Source: Amphiscolops sp. MND2022
Taxonomy: Eukaryota
Direction of reading: 5' to 3'
DNA length: 64,000 bases
NCBI GenBank assembly: GCA_964187785.1
Contig: OZ076416.1
Location: 930,001 to 994,000, forward strand
The translations under genes were made by a program, and so were the position numbers. Shown piece after piece: positions 58,700 through 64,000 of the stretch (the stretch's first letter is position 1; each line of letters begins with the position of its first letter). The notes beneath the pieces are model-generated. The model did not search any database. It was given only the letters and a program-made list of their open reading frames with translations, and was not told the origin of the DNA.

Positions 58700-61134
58700 T
58701 AACTCATTGGTCTAAAAAGAGCTTATGTCAGGCTCAGAACAAGGTGTTTTCCAGCAAGAGCTTAAGGCTCATTACCAAGACAAAAGTGCATGAGGTTAGT
58801 TCCGTAGGGGACTTTGTGGTTAAACAACATCAACTTAAAGAATTAACACCAACTAAAACTAAAGAGTGAGGTTGGTTATCTACGTGGGAGGACTAAAGGT
58901 TCTCCCATGAAGCATGTAAAGCCAATTGGGCGTATGAGGGATTGCAATTTCAGGGACTATGAGGCACAATAAGACTACTGTAGTCCCACACTCAGTATAG
59001 ATACGTACACGCGGTTTTGCAGCACTACTCGGACGTCCTTGTCCGCAAATACGTTCAATATCGTATGATACAGATTTACCAGTGAAAACCCTGGTCTCTC
59101 TGGATCCAAAATAGGGAAATGGGTCAACGTAGATCCTTTATCCAACAGGCGCCGTATTAGCCGTGCCATGCAGCGCAGATAATCATCGGTGAAAAGTGGC
59201 GCACGTTGGTTCCTCGTACTATCAACAAATGAATGCTCTGGGATGAACTCCCAGTGATTTCATTGGGAATAGTTAGGACTTCACCCACTTGCGGTCGTAG
59301 GGCAAATACGCGCTCTTTTCCGTATTCCCTTAGAATGTACCGCAAGGCGGCGGAATTAGTCTCTAAGTCGGCTGGGCAGGCCAACGCTATGTCACCTTTC
59401 GACTGCAGGAAGTCCGTTACATCATAGGATATGTAATCCACCAAATTGGGATGTAGGGCTTCGGGGTAGACGATTTCGCGCCCAGGCCCGTTATCAGAAG
59501 GAAGGCACACACGAGGTGTATGCCCTTGGATTTAGGCCAAGTCTTGCCACACTGAGCGTGGCATTGCTCTGTTGTCACTGTTTTCATTGGTCCAGATATC
59601 TAGGGTACTTGGGCAGCTTTTGGGGACAGTGGATTTTCAAAGGTGTGGGTTCATTCATCCAACGAACGATTTCTGGGATACGTTGCGAAGCAGGTGGTGA
59701 TCAGCTCCAACCGCCAAACGACTTTCACTTTACCCCGATACCAATCGATAATGTGGAAGCATTGTATGAGATCCGCCGTGGTGAGGGCCGTAGACTCTCC
59801 AAGCAAGATAGCAAATGCGAAGGATCAGGATGATAGCGAGAGACATAACTGGGAGGGCCTGCATTGTCTCCCGTTGGGTCAGCAGGGCCGCCACCGCAGC
59901 CACGGCTACTGAAGGAATGCCAATTCTAAGGCGCTCCTCTATGTATTGCGCCTGGTTGACCCTCCGCGCCAGCGAGGTTTCCTTGGTTCTTTGTGTGCCA
60001 GCAGGCACTGGAGGAGGCATTGAGCTAGTGGGGTAAAATGCCATTAACTCATTTGTCTGAAAAGAGCTTATGTCAGGCTCAGAACAAGGTGTTTTCCAGC
60101 AAGAGCTCAAGGCTCATTACCAAGACAAAAGTGCATGAGGTTAGTTCCGTAGGGGAACTTTGTGGTTAAACAACATCAACTTAAAGAATTAACACTAACT
60201 AAAACTAAAGAGTGAGGTTGGTTATCTACGTGGGAGGACTAAAGGTTCTCCCATGAAGCATGTAAAGCCAATTGGGCGTATTAGGGATTGCAACTTCAGG
60301 GACTATGAGGCACAATATGACTACTGTAGTCCCACGCTCAGTATAGATATGTACACGCGGTTGTGCAGCACTACTCGGACGTCCGTGTCCGCAATTAAGT
60401 TCATTATCGTATGATACAGATTTACCAGTGAAAAGGCTGGTCTCTCTGGATCCAAAACAGGGAAATGGGTCAACGTAGATCCTTTATCCAACAGGCGCCG
60501 TATTAGCCGTGCCATGCAGCGCAGATAATCATCGGTGAAAAGTGGCGCACGTTGGTTCCTCGTACTATCAACAAATGAATGCTCTGGGATGAACTCCCAG
60601 TGATTTCATTGGGAATAGTTAGGACTTCACCCACTTGCGGTCGTAGGGCAAATACGCGCTCTTTTCCGTATTCCCTTAGAATGTACCGCAAGGCGGCGGA
60701 ATTAGTCTCTAAGTCGGCTGGGCAGGCCAACGCTATGTCACCTTTCGACTGCAGGAAGTCCGTTACATCATAGGATATGTAATCCACCAAATTGGGATGT
60801 AGGGCTTCGGGGTAGACGATTTCGCGCCCAGGCATGTTATCAGAGGGGAGGCACACACGAGGTGGGATTGCTCTGTTGTCACTGTTTTCCTTGGTCCAGA
60901 TATCTAGGGTACCTAGGGCAGCTTTTGGAGACAGTGGATTTTCAAAGGTGTGGGTCCATTCATCCAACAAACGAATTCTGGGATGATAAGTGGCGAAGCA
61001 AGTGGTGATCAGCTCCAACCACCAAGCTACTTTCACTTTACCCCGATACCAATCAATAATGTGGAAGCATAGTATGAGATCCGCCGTGGTGAGGGCCGTA
61101 CACTCTCCAAGCAAGATAGCAAATGCGAAGGATC
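58486..61134 (-). repeat. About 1.3 kb tandem duplication in element C (macro region to ORF2 start)
   Basis: 58486 matches 59831 (offset 1345) and 59826 matches 61134. The junction carries a 4-nt AGGA filler. Confidence 0.93.
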
Positions 61135-64000
61135 CACTAATGCATCCACTCGCGGGGTAGTAACTAACAGCCACCAATGCTGAGCCGGACTCTAGACCCC
61201 ACCACGTTCTACATGTACTTCATATTTATCATGCAGCAGTACAACGGGCCATTTGCACAGGCTCACGCTCGAAGTTGAATGGTCCAAACACAAAATTATG
61301 TGGTACTGGGGGAACCACGGTAGCCAGAGTGAACACCAGGCCTCTTCCATCGCTGGTCATCTCCTTGAATCTAGGGTCACCTACTTGAATCCACTTGGCT
61401 ATTCCCGGCGATGACAACTTCAGTAGCATTGTATCAATCGGTTGATCTCCAGTTCGTTCTACAGCCGAAAACGTCTTTTCAGCTCGGATGGTTAGACGGT
61501 AGACCGTGCTTTTTGCTCCTCTTTCTTCCGGAGGGACTCCCCGGACTCCAATGGGCATCACCCGGTTCTCGTTTGCAGCCAACACACGTACGCTGTCTGG
61601 CAGTCCACAAGTTCCACATTTGTAGCGCGGCTGTCGCTTAATCCGTATTTGATATCTAGGAGCTTCCGACGCTGTTGGGACCTCGAATTCCGTTACTCTC
61701 ATTGGCGTCTTTTTCCTCGTTCTCGCCTCCGGCTGAACCAGTCGCTTTTTTCTCGGTTTGGGTGGTTTCCCCCCCTTTTGAGAGAAGGAGTGGTCCCCGC
61801 TCCGGACAAGACAGAGGGAATGGTAGGTGCTGGTGACGGGTCATCGGAGTCAGTACCTTTTGAAGCAGGACGTGGTTGTGTGTCAGTGGGCCAGATGGGG
61901 TAGTTGCTAAGGAACTCGGTGAATGAAGGATTGGTCAATAGTGGAGCAGACGTACCTAGTAATGAAGGTTCTTTCTCCGTAGCTGTTAATTGGGTTGATG
62001 GAGAGCGCGCTGGCTGATGGTCGGAGAAAAGTTGCGGTATGTATCGTGTGGGTGATATGGAGTGGTCTGAGGGACCGGGAGCCTCAGACTCGACTGGGTT
62101 GGCATCGACCAGTAGGGGAGGAATCGGCAACTTGACTTCAAACAATTCGTTGTCTGTACCAGAGGTAGAATAGTCGAATTGTTGGTAGTGCATTCGGGAG
62201 CCTCCTGCAAGAAGTCTGGAACGTAGGCGAGTATCCAGTGTCGTCCGCGCGAGGGTAGAGAAACATCCGAGGCCTCTGAAAGTAATTGTTCAGTTTTATA
62301 AGAGGGCTGAGACATGTCGTCGTTAATTACGTCGACTGGGTGCTCAGGGTCGGGGTCCATTAGGACTTCAATGTCGCCAACGACTGCTTGGGCCGTGGCG
62401 AATTCCAATGGTCCGCTTTGGTGCGGTTTAAGACGTTCAAAGTGAACGTTTTTGTCCCGTATCGAGGACGTATACTCGACTGTCTTGAAACACGTGTACC
62501 ACCTTATGCGGGCCATACTAGGCACGCATTAGTTTGGGAGAGCCCTTTTGAGGCACATATCGACAGAAGACCCAGACTAAGTCGCCAGGCTGGTATGCCC
62601 GAGCTTGAACGCCCAGTGATTTCAATCGGAATAGTTAGGATTTCACTCACTTGCGGTCGTAGGTCAAATACGCGCTCTTTTCCGTATTCCCTTAGAAAGC
62701 TGGTATGCCCGGTCGTATTTTAATTTTTGTCGTAGCTGAGCTTGGTGTGTATTACGGTGCACCAGGTCATGAATATCCTGTTGGCGAGCCAACACATGAT
62801 CCACGTATGCTTCATGCGACTCGAAGGAACGAGTTGCAAACTCGGAATACAGAAAGGTAAGCGGAATAGCTTTCTCTACGCCACGCGTGAGCATGTACGG
62901 TGAAAAGCCGGTGGTGGCATGCTGGATGGAGTTGTAAGCCGCCATAACCTCATCAAGATGTTGGTCCCAATCACGCATACAGCGTTAACAGAAGACAAGT
63001 AGTAAGGTTAAAAGTGTGCAGTTTTGCCATGCAACTAGGCCTTGTGTGAGTGGATGCCCAGAAGTGGAGGTTACTTTCGTGACCTGGGACGCTTTTAAAA
63101 ATTCGTGGGACACTACCGCTGTTAGATTGGAACCATTGCCTGATTCCATGCGAGTTGGTGTCTCGTGACGGGCAAACCATTTTTGTAGTAGGAACCTTGA
63201 AGTCGTCTGGGCGTCGTATTCGTCATGGCCACAGAGAGCGACTTCAGCAATTTGGAAAAGTGGTCAATAATCACTAATATGCCAGTGTTGTTGCTATCCG
63301 AGGGGCAGATTTTCAGATGATCGTTTTGATCCAATTCGTTGAAGTAGCCACCTTGAATATTCTTCAAATGAAACCTGACGTCACCAGGTTTATCCCGCAC
63401 TTGTTGGCAGGTTATGCATTGGCCGACGTACTTGCCGACGCAGCGGCGAAGGCCTGGCCAAGTGTGGCGTTCTTGAATTCGGGCAACAACATTTGAGATG
63501 CCTTGATGACCCGTGGCGTCATGCGCGCGGAACAAGATTTCGTGTTGATAGAGTTGTGGCATGACAATCATGCATGGACGCTCGTGCAGTGGACGTTGAC
63601 TGGGTGGGTACTGTACACAGAGTACACTGTTTTTGTTAATAAATAAGAGTTCCTTTTTTTGACGGAAGTAAAAACGGGCAAACTCTGGCACATCTTCCGG
63701 AAAGATCTCATTATCTATGGTTTTGTTCATGACTAACTTCTTGATTGCTAGTACGTGGACATCACGATTTTGGGTTAAGACCAGATCTTTGATCCCATAT
63801 ATTGTGTTAGTGTGTTCATGGAGTTCTTTATTGATATCCCGAAGGGCCATCACGGAGTGACATACACCTGGAGGAGCGTTCACCAATGAAGCGGTACTGG
63901 TTTCAGTTACAGAGTATATGGTCCGCGAGAGGACATTGGTCACATGCGTCGGCAACTGATAGACTTCACTGGCTTCTTCGGTGACATCTATCCAGTCTTT
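60321..64000 (-). pseudogene. pol: Pol 3' half of element C (INT and macro-like extension)
   Basis: Track ORFs 63122, 62664, 61986, 61699, 61229, 60503 and 60321 are collinear with B 28900-32309. Confidence 0.9.

Larger units (their letters stand above)
55432..64000 (-). mobile_element. Gypsy element C (partial, continues past the window), divergent relative of B
   Basis: INT HHCC (AHDATGHQG..CITC), core, GPH motif, same C-terminal extension and ORF2 as B. No 3' LTR found at the left end. Confidence 0.92.

Noticed and set aside
1-64000. CRISPR arrays, rRNA and bacterial genes or operons
   Set aside because: No regularly spaced short repeats and no rRNA or prokaryotic gene signatures; all repeats are explained by LTRs and tandem duplications.

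Overview
Eukaryotic (animal-like) repeat-rich DNA made almost entirely of decayed retrotransposons. There are no prokaryotic genes, rRNA or CRISPR. Layout: (1) Gypsy element A, 481-17760 (+), complete, with TG..CA LTRs and TSD TCGTT. Gag starts inside the LTR and pol carries a 3.45 kb tandem duplication. The 3' region holds a multi-exon ANTISENSE gene whose GT-AG introns join in matching phase; its product aligns by eye with a hAT transposase that has lost its catalytic motifs. A divergent short acidic ORF lies next to it. (2) Gypsy element B, 20158-46354 (+), about 18 kb without its insert. Pol ends in two degenerate TARG1/Poa1p-like macrodomains and is followed by a ~1400-codon extra ORF containing an SGNH-fold-like segment and preceded by a conserved splice acceptor. 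(3) A BEL/Pao element nested in B, 34263-42220 (-), TSD CATGC, tRNA-Trp-type PBS, with three tRNA-like A-box/B-box units in its 3' UTR and LTR. (4) A degenerate LINE at about 49700-53630 (+). (5) A 447-N assembly gap. (6) Gypsy element C (-), a divergent relative of B with the same macrodomain and extra-ORF architecture, running off the right edge and lying tail-to-tail with a fragment of its own family. Element boundaries, TSDs and splice-phase matches were read directly from the sequence. All remote-homology calls (hAT, macro, SGNH, SIM) are motif alignments by eye and need HMM or structure confirmation. The pol type recalls elements I associate with acoel worm genomes, but I cannot verify the host.
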